Below, in pieces: positions 10,407 through 19,941 of a stretch of DNA of 64,000 nucleotides. Made by a program: the position numbers and the translations under genes. The DNA comes from an uncultured delta proteobacterium. Lineage in GTDB: Bacteria; Myxococcota_A; Polyangia; Polyangiales; Polyangiaceae. Under the pieces are notes generated by a model. That model ran no database searches. It was not told the origin of the DNA and saw only the letters and a program-made list of their open reading frames with translations. Position 1 is the first letter of the stretch; each line of letters starts with the position of its first letter. The stretch lies in assembly GCA_963806225.1 (NCBI GenBank), contig CAWDXG010000004.1:1-64000 (forward strand). The letters run 5' to 3'.

Positions 10407-10997
10407 TCAGACCAGCGTTCCCTTGGTCGAGGGAATGCCGGGTGCACGGGGATCGAGCTCCACCGCCTGGCGCAGCGAACGCGCGAAGGCCTTGAAGCAG
10501 ATCTCCACGATGTGATGCAGGTTGTCGCCTTCCAGCAGCCGCAGGTGCAGGTTCGCCTTGGCGGTCCGGGCGAAGGCCTCGAAGAACACCGGCGAAAGCT
10601 CCACGTCCCAGGTTCCGAGCTTCGCCTTGGGCAGCGGCACCCGCCACACGAAGAACGGGCGCCCGCCGAGATCCAGCGCCGCCGTCACCAGTGCCTCGTC
10701 CATGGGCAGCGTAGCCGAGCCATAGCGGCGGATGCCGCGCCGCTCGCCCAGCGCCTCGAGCACGGCCTGCCCCAGTACGATGCCGAGATCCTCCGTGGTG
10801 TGGTGCCCGTCGATCTCCACGTCGCCCTTGGCGTGCACGTCCAGATCGATCGACCCGTGCCGCGCGATCTGCTCGACCATGTGCGACAGGAAGGGCAGGG
10901 GAGTCTCGATCGACGCCTGGCCCGTGCCGTCCAGGTCGAGCTCGACGCGGATCTCCGTCTCGCGCGTCTTGCGTTCCACCACGGCACGCCGCGTCAT
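10407..10997 (-). CDS. hisB: Imidazoleglycerol-phosphate dehydratase
   Basis: RKTRETEI, DGHHTTED, PMDEAL, NLHHIVE and IPSTKG. Confidence 0.97.
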   Translation of the reverse strand: MTRRAVVERKTRETEIRVELDLDGTGQASIETPLPFLSHMVEQIARHGSIDLDVHAKGDVEIDGHHTTEDLGIVLGQAVLEALGERRGIRRYGSATLPMDEALVTAALDLGGRPFFVWRVPLPKAKLGTWDVELSPVFFEAFARTAKANLHLRLLEGDNLHHIVEICFKAFARSLRQAVELDPRAPGIPSTKGTLV

Positions 10998-11680
10998 TGC
11001 AGCTCCTCGAGCTTCCACGCGCCGTGCTCGCGCACGAGCTCCACCGTGCCGCCGGCGCCGTACGCCATGGTCGCCTGGTCGCCGATGCGCTCGATATGCG
11101 CCGTGGGCAGCGCCGCGGCGAGCGCCTGCGTGATGCGCTCCATCTCCTCGCGCTGTTCGCCCTCGAAGGCCTTCTTGAGCATCGCCGCCGTCAGTCCCTC
11201 GCTCTTCTTGTCCGGGACGAAGCGCAAGAGCACGTCGTAGCGCTTGTTCTTGAGAGCCCGCACGAACGCCTGGACCGCCGCCTCGGGCGTCGCCTGGCTG
11301 TAGAGGTCGATGGCCGAGCCGTCTACGCGCCAGCGCCCGTCCTCGTAGATCAGCAGCAGCGACTGTCCGTCCGGCGCGCTGACAGTGGCGGTCACCAGCG
11401 GCGGGCCCGACGGCCGTTCGAGCGCCTTGGTGATGTCGTTCACCTCATCAGGGTTTTCCTTCACCATGCGCTGGAAGGCTTCGAACGGAATGGTCTTTTT
11501 CGCCTCGTCGCTGAGCATGGCGTAGGCGTCGGATAGCCGCCCTTCGCGCAACGCCTGCGCGTAGGCGTCCAGCGCTGCCTTGGGGCTCCGGACGGGCGGC
11601 GTGGAGCTGCAGGCGGAGGCCGCCGCGACGAGCAGCAGCGCTCCGAACAGCGGCCCACGAAGCGAGCGGGGAAACGGCAT
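10994..11680 (-). CDS. Hypothetical lipoprotein with two similar modules
   Basis: Lipobox ASAC. Duplicated pattern SPKAALDAY.../TPEAAVQAF... and YEDGRWRV/REHGAWKL. 4-nt overlap with hisB. Confidence 0.75.
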   Translation of the reverse strand: MPFPRSLRGPLFGALLLVAAASACSSTPPVRSPKAALDAYAQALREGRLSDAYAMLSDEAKKTIPFEAFQRMVKENPDEVNDITKALERPSGPPLVTATVSAPDGQSLLLIYEDGRWRVDGSAIDLYSQATPEAAVQAFVRALKNKRYDVLLRFVPDKKSEGLTAAMLKKAFEGEQREEMERITQALAAALPTAHIERIGDQATMAYGAGGTVELVREHGAWKLEELQ

Positions 11681-11781
11681 GGCTGGCTGGCGGATTACCA
11701 CAAGGGCCGTTCGGGAGCGACTCCGTGGCGGCCTGCCCGCCGTGGGCTGGACCTCGGCCTCATCCGTACTACTGTGCTGAT

Positions 11782-14176
11782 ATGCCGTCGCGGTCCCCGG
11801 GTTCCACCCCTCCGGAGCGCATCGCCGTGTTGCCGCTGCGCAATTCGGTGCTGTTTCCCATGTCGGTCGTGCCGATCAACGTCGGCCGGCCGCGGAGCGT
11901 CCGGCTGGTGGAGGAGCTCAGCGGGCGCGACAGCGCGCTGGTCGGCGTGATCACCCAGAAGAACGCCGAGACGGTCGAGCCCACCTTCGAGGATCTGTAC
12001 TCCGTCGGGACCATCGCGCGTGTGGTCAAGGTGATCCGGCTCGGCCCGTCCAACTACAGCGTCGTGCTGAACGGCGTCGGCCGCTTCCATCTCGCCGAGC
12101 CGCTGGGGCTCGAGCCGTACATGCGCGCCGGCATCGAGCGCGTTGCCGAACCGGGCGAGCCCGACGAGGAGTTGCGCAAGCTCGGGCAGAAGCTGCGCGA
12201 GCGCACGCGCCAGGTGCTCGGGCTGATGCCCAATCTGCCCAAGGAAACGGCCGGCATCCTCGACAACGTGCGCGAGCCCGGCGCTCTGGCCGATCTCATC
12301 GCCTCCAACTTCCCGGAAGAGCAGGCGAGCATTGCTACGCGCCAGCAGGTGCTCGAGGCCTTCGACGTGAAGAAGCGCGTCGAGCTCGTGCTCGCCATGG
12401 TCGAGCGCCAGCTCGAGGTGCTGCGCGTCAAGGGCGAGATCTCGACCATGGTGCAGGACGAGATGAGCCGCTCGCAGCGCGACTACGTCCTGCGCCAGCA
12501 GATGCGCAGCATCCGCGAAGAGCTCGGCGAGGCCGCCGAGGACGACGAGATCGAAAAGCTGCGCGAGCGCGTCGCGCGGGCCGAGCTGCCCATCGAGGCG
12601 GACAAGGCCGCGCGCAAGCAGCTCTCGCGGCTTTCGAACATGCAGCCGCAGTCGGCCGAGTACCAGGTCACGCGCACCTACGTGGAGTGGCTGGCGGATC
12701 TGCCGTGGTCGCGCACCACGCCCGATCGCTTCGATGTGAAGGCCGTGCGCCGCTGCCTGGACGAGGATCACTTCGGGCTCGAGCGCGTGAAGCGCCGCAT
12801 CGTCGAGTACAGCGCCATCCGCCAGCTGCGCCGCGACAAGAAAGGGCCGATCCTGCTTTTCGTGGGGCCGCCCGGCGTGGGCAAGACGTCGCTCGGCCGC
12901 TCCATCGCGCGCGCCATGGGCCGGCGCTACGCGCGCATCTCCCTCGGCGGCGTGCGCGACGAAGCGGAGATCCGCGGTCACCGCCGCACCTACGTCGGCG
13001 CGCTACCTGGTCGCATCATCCAGGCGCTGAAGAAGGTCGGCACGAAGAACCCGGTGCTGGTGCTGGACGAGGTCGACAAGATGGGCGCCGACGTGCGCGG
13101 CGATCCGGCCGCGGCGCTGCTCGAGGTGCTCGATCCGGAGCAGAACGACGCCTTCGTCGATCACTACATCGGGCTGCCCTTCGATCTGTCGGAGGTCACG
13201 TTCCTGGCCACGGCCAACTACCGCCAGCACATCCCCGAAGCGCTCAAGGACCGCATGGAGCTCATCGAGGTGCCGGGCTACACGCGCACCGACAAGCGCA
13301 ACATCGCCCAGCAGTTCCTCGTGCCGAAGCAGCTCAAGGAGCACGTGCTCGGCGAGGAGCAGCTCGAGTTCATGAACGAGGGCGTGGAGGCGATCATCGA
13401 CTTCTACACGCGCGAGGCGGGCGTCCGCGGCCTGGAGCGCGAGATCGCCTCTGTCTGCCGCGACGCGACGGTGCGCATCGCCGAAGGGCAGGAACGTCCA
13501 GGGCGTGAAGGTCGATCACGAGCACGTGGAAGACGTGCTGGGCATCCACCGCTACCATCCGGAGGTGGCCGAGCGCGAGCTGGCGCCGGGCGTGGCGACG
13601 GGGCTCGCCGTGACGCCCGCCGGCGGCGACCTGCTGCTGGTGGAAGCCACGCGCATGCCGGGCAAGGGCGAGATCACCGTGACCGGCAGTCTGCGCGCGG
13701 TGATGAAGGAATCGGCGGCGACGGCGCTCTCGTTCGTGCGCTCGCACGCCGATGCCCTGTCGCTCGATCCCGAGTGGCTCAAATCGATCGACCTGCATCT
13801 GCACATCCCGCGCGCCGGCGCGTCGCGCGATGCGGCCAGCGCTGGCGTGGCGATGTACGTGGCCGTGGTCACGCTGCTGCTCGGTGTCTCGGCGCGTGCC
13901 GACGTGGCGATGACCGGCGAGATGACCCTGCGCGGCAGCATCCTTCCGGTGTCCGGCATCAAGGACAAGATCCTCGCCGCCCACCGGGCGGGCATCCGCG
14001 AGGTCGTGCTGCCAGCCCGGAACGAGCGCGAGCTGGAAGAGGTCCCTGATGAGGTCAAGCACGACCTGGTCGTGCACCTCGTCAGCCGCATCGACGAGAT
14101 CCTCCCGCTCGTGCTCGCCCCGCCCGACAAGTCGAAAGACAGCGACCGCGCCACGCCGCAGGAAGCACGACCGTAG
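11782..14176 (+). CDS. lon: ATP-dependent Lon protease (frameshift ~13500)
   Basis: [10 protein letters not shown], Walker [22 protein letters not shown], Walker [14 protein letters not shown], and the Ser-Lys dyad in DAASAG and GIKDKILAA. Confidence 0.97.
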
Positions 14177-14177
14177 G

Positions 14178-15597
14178 CTACCGCCGCCCGAGCTCCCACT
14201 CGAGCTGGCCCGCCGTGCCCGTCACCCGCAGGCGGCCGCCGTGCACGCCCTCCAGGTGACACCAGGTGCACAGGGCGATCACGTTCTCGTCCTTGTCGCT
14301 TCCCCCGTGTGACCGGAACCTCACGTGATGCGGTGTCACATCGCGCCGCGAGCACACCGGGCTCGAGCACGTGTAGCGTTCGCGCGCGTAGATGTGCGCG
14401 TATTTCTCGCTGCGCTCCGTCAGGTGCCGCCACGCTTCCCATGCCGTGTCGCACAGCAAGCGAACGAAGCTCGTCCCGCGCGGCAGGTGCTTGCCCATCA
14501 CGCCGGCGAGCGCCCGCCAGAAGCGCGCCCTGTCCCGCGCCCCCCGGAGGTCCACCCGCACGTTCGCCGCGCCCGCGCCGAGCCTGGCGGACATCTGGCT
14601 TCGGGCCTCGAGCACGGCGTCGCGTTCACCCGAGAGCACCCGCGACTCGAGCTGCCGGAGCTCCCGCACCGTTTCTTCCGGCGGCGGCGCTGCCCGCCCA
14701 CCGACACTGCGCGAAAGCTCTGCGGCGCGCAGGTCTTCTTCGAGATGCTTCACCGTCCGGGCCCCGGCCCGCTCGACCCAGGCGTCGGCCGTCTCCGCCG
14801 TTGCCACCCGCGAGATCAATCGCGCCGCTTCGTACCCGATCCCGCCCGTAGCCAGCGCGCCCCGCACCCGCGTGCACCACCGCCGCGCCAGCGCGACTTT
14901 CGCCTTGAAGCCCGACGGCGAGATGCCCAGGCGCTCGCGCACGTACTGCGACTCCGTCGCGTAGCCGAGCTTCCGCCAGCCCTCGGCTTCGTGCAGCGTC
15001 ACGCCGAGCGTCACTGTCTCGAGAGCCCCGCGCTCGCTTCCGGGAGAGACATCGTCGGCGGACATCTGGCTCGAGCCGTCCAATAGCGCCCGCATCCCGC
15101 GCACGGTCGATCGCGACGCCAGCTCCGTCAGCCCCGCGTCAGTGCGTTGCGTGCCGCGCGACCAGCTCCGCCATGCACCATCCGACCGCGCCGCCCGAAA
15201 GCGCCGCGCGCAGCTGCGGCAGCTTCGCCACGCGCTCGGCGAGCAAGCGAGACTCGTTCGCCCAGCGACCGCTCCGCCCGCAGCGCTCGCGCGCATACGC
15301 GCCCAGCGACGAGAACCCGAGCTCGTGATGCCCGCCACGTTGCGCCAGCGCACCCAGCAGCTCGCCCAGCATCAGCCGCGTCCGGCTCTCGCCCCGCACG
15401 AGCCGAGCAAGCCGCGCGCCGAGCCGCTCGACCTCGTCCGGCGAAACCGCGCGCGCCTGCGCGCCGAGCCGCTCGACCTCGTCCGGCGAAACCGCGCGCG
15501 CCTGCGCGCCGAGCCGCCCGACCTCGTCCGGCGGGACCGCACGCGGACAGGCTGGGTGGCGGCGACGCACGGCTCTTCCAGCAGCGGGCGAGGTCAT
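14178..15597 (-). CDS. HNH endonuclease with two DUF222-like helical modules (frameshift/stop ~15140; possibly degenerate)
   Basis: C-terminal [11 protein letters not shown]...[11 protein letters not shown]...[15 protein letters not shown]. Duplicated module [17 protein letters not shown] / [18 protein letters not shown]. Confidence 0.8.
15414..15540. repeat. 45-nt tandem repeat (~2.8 copies) in the HNH gene N-terminus
   Basis: gcgcgccgagccgctcgacctcgtccggcgaaaccgcgcgcgcct at 15414 and 15459, partial copy at 15504; encodes [15 protein letters not shown]. Confidence 0.92.
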
Positions 15598-15610
15598 GGG
15601 GCGACCCGGA

Positions 15611-15994
15611 ACACAGCGTCGGGTGGCCAGCGGAGCGAGGTCGTAGATCGACCGTGACGCAGAGCGTCGGTGGCGGCGGAGCAAGGTCGTGAAGCACAGC
15701 GTCGGTGGCGCGCAGCAAGGTCGTAGATCAACGTGAAGGACGAGGGCGCCGCGCCGCTCATCCAGCAGCCGCCCGACTTCGCCGCGGGACCCTCCTCGTC
15801 GAGAGCGTGCCTGGCGACGCGCCGCGACTCGGCCAGCTGCGCGCCGACGACGCGCTCCCACACCCAACGACCGCTCCGCACCCGCGCCGCGACTCGGCGA
15901 GTTGTGGGTCGACGGCGCACCTCGCCAACGGTCGCTCCCTGCCAGCGACCGAATCCGGCGAGCTCCCGCAGCCCACGATCGCTCCGCACCCGCG
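15611..15994. repeat. Degenerate direct repeats upstream of the HNH gene
   Basis: Three imperfect copies of cacagcgtcggtggc..gcggagcaaggtcgt (15611-15737). cgcgccgcgactcggc at 15818 and 15883. acga(c/t)cgctccgcacccgcg at 15867 and 15975. Confidence 0.75.
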
Positions 15995-16220
15995 TCAGCA
16001 ACCGAACCCCCGGTCCCGCACCCGGCAAGCGTCGCCGATACTTCCGGGGGTCAGGCTTGGAAGACCGCGGTAGCTTCCACACCGAAGCTCACGAATCCGG
16101 AGTGCAGCGGCCTGCTGCAGTCCGTGACGATGCTGTGGCGACCGGGCAGGCCCAGGCAGCCGCTGGAGCCCCGCGGATGGAACAGCCCGGCCACGTACGG
16201 CGCGAAGCGCAACCACGGCA

Positions 16221-16631
16221 CTACTCCCGGATGGACGCGATGCGGATCCGCACTGCGCCGATTTCCACTTCCCGGGATCGCTGCCAGAGCTCGTCGAAGG
16301 GGATGGGGTGCGTCACGAAGACATCCACCTCCAAAAGCGGCTCGCCCGGATCCCACAACGAGAAGACCTGCATGCCCTTGTCCTCGACCGACTGCCGGCG
16401 CTTTTCGGGATCGGCGAAGTCCGTCGCCTGCACGGGGGCTCGCGGCCTGAGCCCGAGGTTGGAGAGCGCCTGCATCGCCCGGAGCGTCTCGGCGGCCTCC
16501 AGGTCCACCACCAGATCGATTTCCGCCGTCAAGCGCGCATGGCCATGCAACACCGTCGCGAGGCCCCCCACCACGACGTAGCGCGCCTTCGCATCGCCCA
16601 GCGCCCGGAACACGCGCTCGTAGATGGACAC
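16221..16631 (-). pseudogene. Nucleotidyltransferase-family protein (DUF6036/AbiEii-like fold), C-terminally truncated
   Basis: YVVVGGLATVLHGHARLTAEIDL is the GG...RxTxDxD motif with a D->E change, followed by EVDVF. It ends at IASIRE*, where the family normally continues with DL..K...R..D. Confidence 0.68.
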
Positions 16632-16783
16632 GCGCCCTTCGTAGCACTAGTGCGTCGGGCTCGACTGCAACGGCGCCTGCCAAATCACTCGTGTAGTCTC
16701 TGGACGCGCCGCACGCCCCGGCACAGCCCTCGACCCCATCCCCCTTCCAGTTTTCCCGCCTTCCTGTTCAATCCCCCCGAGCC

Positions 16784-19102
16784 GTGACGACTCCCGACGC
16801 CGCTCTGCCGCCCCTCGGCCGTTCCACCGCGCTCCGCGTTGCCGCGCTCGTGGCGTTCGTGCTGCTCGGGGCGCTCGGGTTTTTGCCGCTGTTCGGCGGG
16901 CCCGGCTACGAAGCGGCGCTCGCGGCGGGGGTCGTGCTGCCCTCGACGGCGGCGATCGCGGCGGCGCTCGAAATCGCCGCGCGCCGCCCGGAGCCGTTCG
17001 ACGCGTTCGGCCGCGGCGCGGCGATGGGCTTCGCGCTCGCCCTGATCGGCTACGCGGTCACGCTCCTGCACGGCCTGCGCGTCGGGTTCTGCGATCTGCC
17101 CGGCGGCAGCGAGCTCTTCGCGCTCGGCCCCGCCGTGGGCGCGGTGATGGGCGGCGCGTGGGGCGGCGTGGTCGGGCTCGTCGCAGCGCGCGTGAAGCGC
17201 CGCCGGCGCCGCATTGCGGCGGCCATCGCGCTCGCGCTCGCGGGCCCCGTGTGCGGCGTGCTCGTCAGCGGCTGGCGCTTCGTGTCGAGCCCGATGGTGT
17301 ACGCCTTCGATCCGTTCTTCGGCTACTTCTCCGGGCCGCTCTACGACACCGTGATCGATGCGGCGTGGAACCTCTTCACGTACCGCATTGGTTCGCTGTG
17401 CACGCTCGCCGCCGCCGCCGTCCTGATGGCGCATCTCGGCCGCGACGCCGCTGGGCGCATCCAACCGCGGAGCCTCGGCCGGCCCGGGCTCGTCCTGGTC
17501 GGCCTGCTCGCCGCGGCCGGCAGCCTGGCCGTCACCGCCGCAGGCCCCGAGCTCGGCCACTGGAACACCACCGAGTCGATCACGAAGACGCTCGGCCGGA
17601 GTCTCGACATCCAGCGCTGCCACGTCGTCTATTCGAAGAACATCCTCGACCGCGACGCGCGCCTCGTTGGCCGCCAGTGCGACGCCCACGTCCGCCAGAT
17701 CGAGCGCTACCTCGGCACACACGGCCCGAAGCGCATCACCGTATTCCTGTTCGAGTCGGCCGCGCAGAAGGGCGAGCTGATGGGCGCGTCGGACACGTAC
17801 ATCGCCAAGCCCTGGCGGAAAGAGGTGTACGTCCAGGCCGCGCCCTATCCGCATCCCGTGCTCGGCCACGAGCTCGCACACGTCATCGCCGGCAGCTTCG
17901 CCCCGGCGCCGTTCCACGTCGCGGGGCCGCTGGACGGCCTGCTGCCCGATCCGGGCCGCATCGAGGGCATCGCGGTCGCTTCGGCGCCGCCGGAGGACGC
18001 CGATCTGACGCTCGAACAGTGGGCGCGCGCCATGCAGGAACTGAAACTCCTGCCGCCGCTGTCGCACGTCTTCCGCCTGGGCTTCCTGGGGGAAAACGCG
18101 TCCACTGCGTACACGGTGGCCGGCGCGTTCGTCAGCTGGTTCCACGACCGCTTCGGCGCTCCAGCGCTCCGGCGCTGGTACGGCGGCGCGCCGCTCGTCG
18201 CCGTCACCGGCCGCGAGCTGGGCGGCCTCGAAGCCGAGTGGCACAAGTCGCTCCAGAAGGTGAAGGTCAGCCCCGAGGCGATGATCGCGGCCAAGGCGCG
18301 CTTCGATCGCCCCGCCATCTTCGGCCGGCGCTGCCCGCACGTGGTGGACCGGCTGGCGCAGCAGGCCGGCGGCGCGCTCGGTAGCAACGACTACCGCAGC
18401 GCGCGGAAGGACTACCGCGAGCTGCTCGAGCTCGATCCGGACAACTTCGGCGCGCACATGGGCCTTGCCAAGTGCGATCTGCGCGCCGGCGACACGGCGG
18501 CCGGACGCAAGCGCTACCAGGCCATCTCGACCGACGCACACACTGCGAAGCTGCACCAGCTCGCCGGCGTCGAGGCGATCGGCGATCTGGATCTCCGGCA
18601 GGGCAGGGTGGACAAGGCGCACCAGCGTTACGACGAGGTCGCGCGCGGCGTGCTCGACGAGGATCACCTGCGCAGTCTGGAGGTGAAGCGGACTCCGCCG
18701 AACGCGCTCGCCCGCCGCGCCATCGTCGCGCTGCTCGTCGGCCCCCCGCGTCTCGGCACCGACTGGGGCGTCGCGGCCGCGCTGCTCGGTCGCTGGTCCG
18801 CCGCCGATCCGCACGACGGCACCGCCGACTACCTGCTCGGCCGCAACTTCTACACGCAGGGCCGCTGGTCCGTCGGCGCTGCGCACCTGGACGAGGCCCT
18901 GCGCCGCACGATCCCCGATCCGCTGGTGCGCCGCGAAGCCCTGCGCATGCGGCTGGTCGTAGCGTGCGCCCGCGGACACCTCCATGTGGCAGAGCGCGCG
19001 TACCGGAAGTGGCTCGCCGAGCCCGGTGTGTCGGTGGCGCGCCGGCAGGGAACGGAGCGCATGGCCACGCGCTGCGGCCTCCCCACGCGCCACGGCTCCT
19101 GA
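16784..19102 (+). CDS. Multi-pass membrane protein with gluzincin-like metallopeptidase domain and C-terminal TPR-like helices
   Basis: About six hydrophobic helices, then HELAH followed by EGIAVA, then TPR-like segments. Intact 772-aa ORF. Confidence 0.7.
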   Translation: MTTPDAALPPLGRSTALRVAALVAFVLLGALGFLPLFGGPGYEAALAAGVVLPSTAAIAAALEIAARRPEPFDAFGRGAAMGFALALIGYAVTLLHGLRVGFCDLPGGSELFALGPAVGAVMGGAWGGVVGLVAARVKRRRRRIAAAIALALAGPVCGVLVSGWRFVSSPMVYAFDPFFGYFSGPLYDTVIDAAWNLFTYRIGSLCTLAAAAVLMAHLGRDAAGRIQPRSLGRPGLVLVGLLAAAGSLAVTAAGPELGHWNTTESITKTLGRSLDIQRCHVVYSKNILDRDARLVGRQCDAHVRQIERYLGTHGPKRITVFLFESAAQKGELMGASDTYIAKPWRKEVYVQAAPYPHPVLGHELAHVIAGSFAPAPFHVAGPLDGLLPDPGRIEGIAVASAPPEDADLTLEQWARAMQELKLLPPLSHVFRLGFLGENASTAYTVAGAFVSWFHDRFGAPALRRWYGGAPLVAVTGRELGGLEAEWHKSLQKVKVSPEAMIAAKARFDRPAIFGRRCPHVVDRLAQQAGGALGSNDYRSARKDYRELLELDPDNFGAHMGLAKCDLRAGDTAAGRKRYQAISTDAHTAKLHQLAGVEAIGDLDLRQGRVDKAHQRYDEVARGVLDEDHLRSLEVKRTPPNALARRAIVALLVGPPRLGTDWGVAAALLGRWSAADPHDGTADYLLGRNFYTQGRWSVGAAHLDEALRRTIPDPLVRREALRMRLVVACARGHLHVAERAYRKWLAEPGVSVARRQGTERMATRCGLPTRHGS

Positions 19103-19131
19103 CGCGCGGTCCCTGGTTGGTTCATCCTGGA

Positions 19132-19896
19132 TGGGGGCACCCCACCAGGTCCCGGAGCAGGCCCACCCCATCCGTCCCCGCAGCCCGCGGGCGTTCGGGT
19201 GCGCGTGGGGGTCGAGCGTGAGGCGTAAGCGTGAGGCGCGGGCGTGAGGCGTGGGCGTTCCAGCGCGACGCTGACACACACGCAACCGCGCACGCGCACG
19301 CGAACGGCCCACGAAAACGAGCACGTCCCGGGTTCTGCTTGTCGCTCTCCGGGCGAGCGGCGGAGGCGCCGCCCTACGGACGACAAGGAGGACTCGCAAG
19401 GACATGACACGGTTCCGGTTCGCGCATCACAGGCTCGATGCCTACAGGGTGGCGGTCGAGATGGCAGACCGGGTCGATGGGCTCGTGGCACGCTTTCCAC
19501 GCGGGCACGCGAGGCTTGCCGACCAGCTCCGGCGCTCCGCAGAAGCTGTCGTGGCACTCACGGCGGAAGGGGCGAATCGCTACTCGGCTGGGCAGAAGCG
19601 GCAGCGTTTCACGGAAGCGCGCGGAGAGTGCGGTGAGGTCGCGGCGCACATCGAGCGCGCCTGCCGGCGGAGGCTGGTGCGCCAAGCGGAGGCGCTGGCG
19701 GTGCTCACGCTGGCGGACCGCGTGTGTGCCATGCTCAGCGGGCTCATCCGGCGTTGCTCGTGAGGCCGAGCGCCGGCACACGTCTCCCCCGCCTGCGCGC
19801 AGGCCCGTAGGGCCGAGCACAGGCTTGGGCGAGACCGCAGGCGAAGCCTGCGAGTGGGGGCACCCCACCAGGTGCCACGTCCGTCCCCGCAGCCCG
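19132..19896. mobile_element. Putative repeat-bounded cassette carrying a four-helix-bundle gene
   Basis: Identical tgggggcaccccaccaggt at 19132-19150 and 19855-19873. Identical tccgtccccgcagcccg at 19171-19187 and 19880-19896. Internal hairpins. Mobility is inferred only. Confidence 0.5.
19404..19763 (+). CDS. Four-helix bundle protein (23S rRNA-IVS / Avd-like family)
   Basis: 119 aa; F.H.RLDAY, LADQLRRSA, TAEG, ARGECGEV and ML.GLI match the family pattern. Confidence 0.88.
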   Translation: MTRFRFAHHRLDAYRVAVEMADRVDGLVARFPRGHARLADQLRRSAEAVVALTAEGANRYSAGQKRQRFTEARGECGEVAAHIERACRRRLVRQAEALAVLTLADRVCAMLSGLIRRCS

Positions 19897-19941
19897 GGGA
19901 GCACCTATCGCGGCGTGGTGGAGGCGCAGATTGCGCGACGA

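Noticed and set aside
15611..15994. CRISPR or mini-array next to an HNH nuclease
   Set aside because: The repeats are degenerate, with 4-17 nt non-unique gaps. There are no cas genes and the protein has no RuvC motifs (not Cas9/IscB).
16685..19405. Long antisense ORFs (e.g. 906 aa here; also 26944-28803 and 42053-44098)
   Set aside because: These are shadow frames of real genes in high-GC DNA and carry no recognisable motifs.
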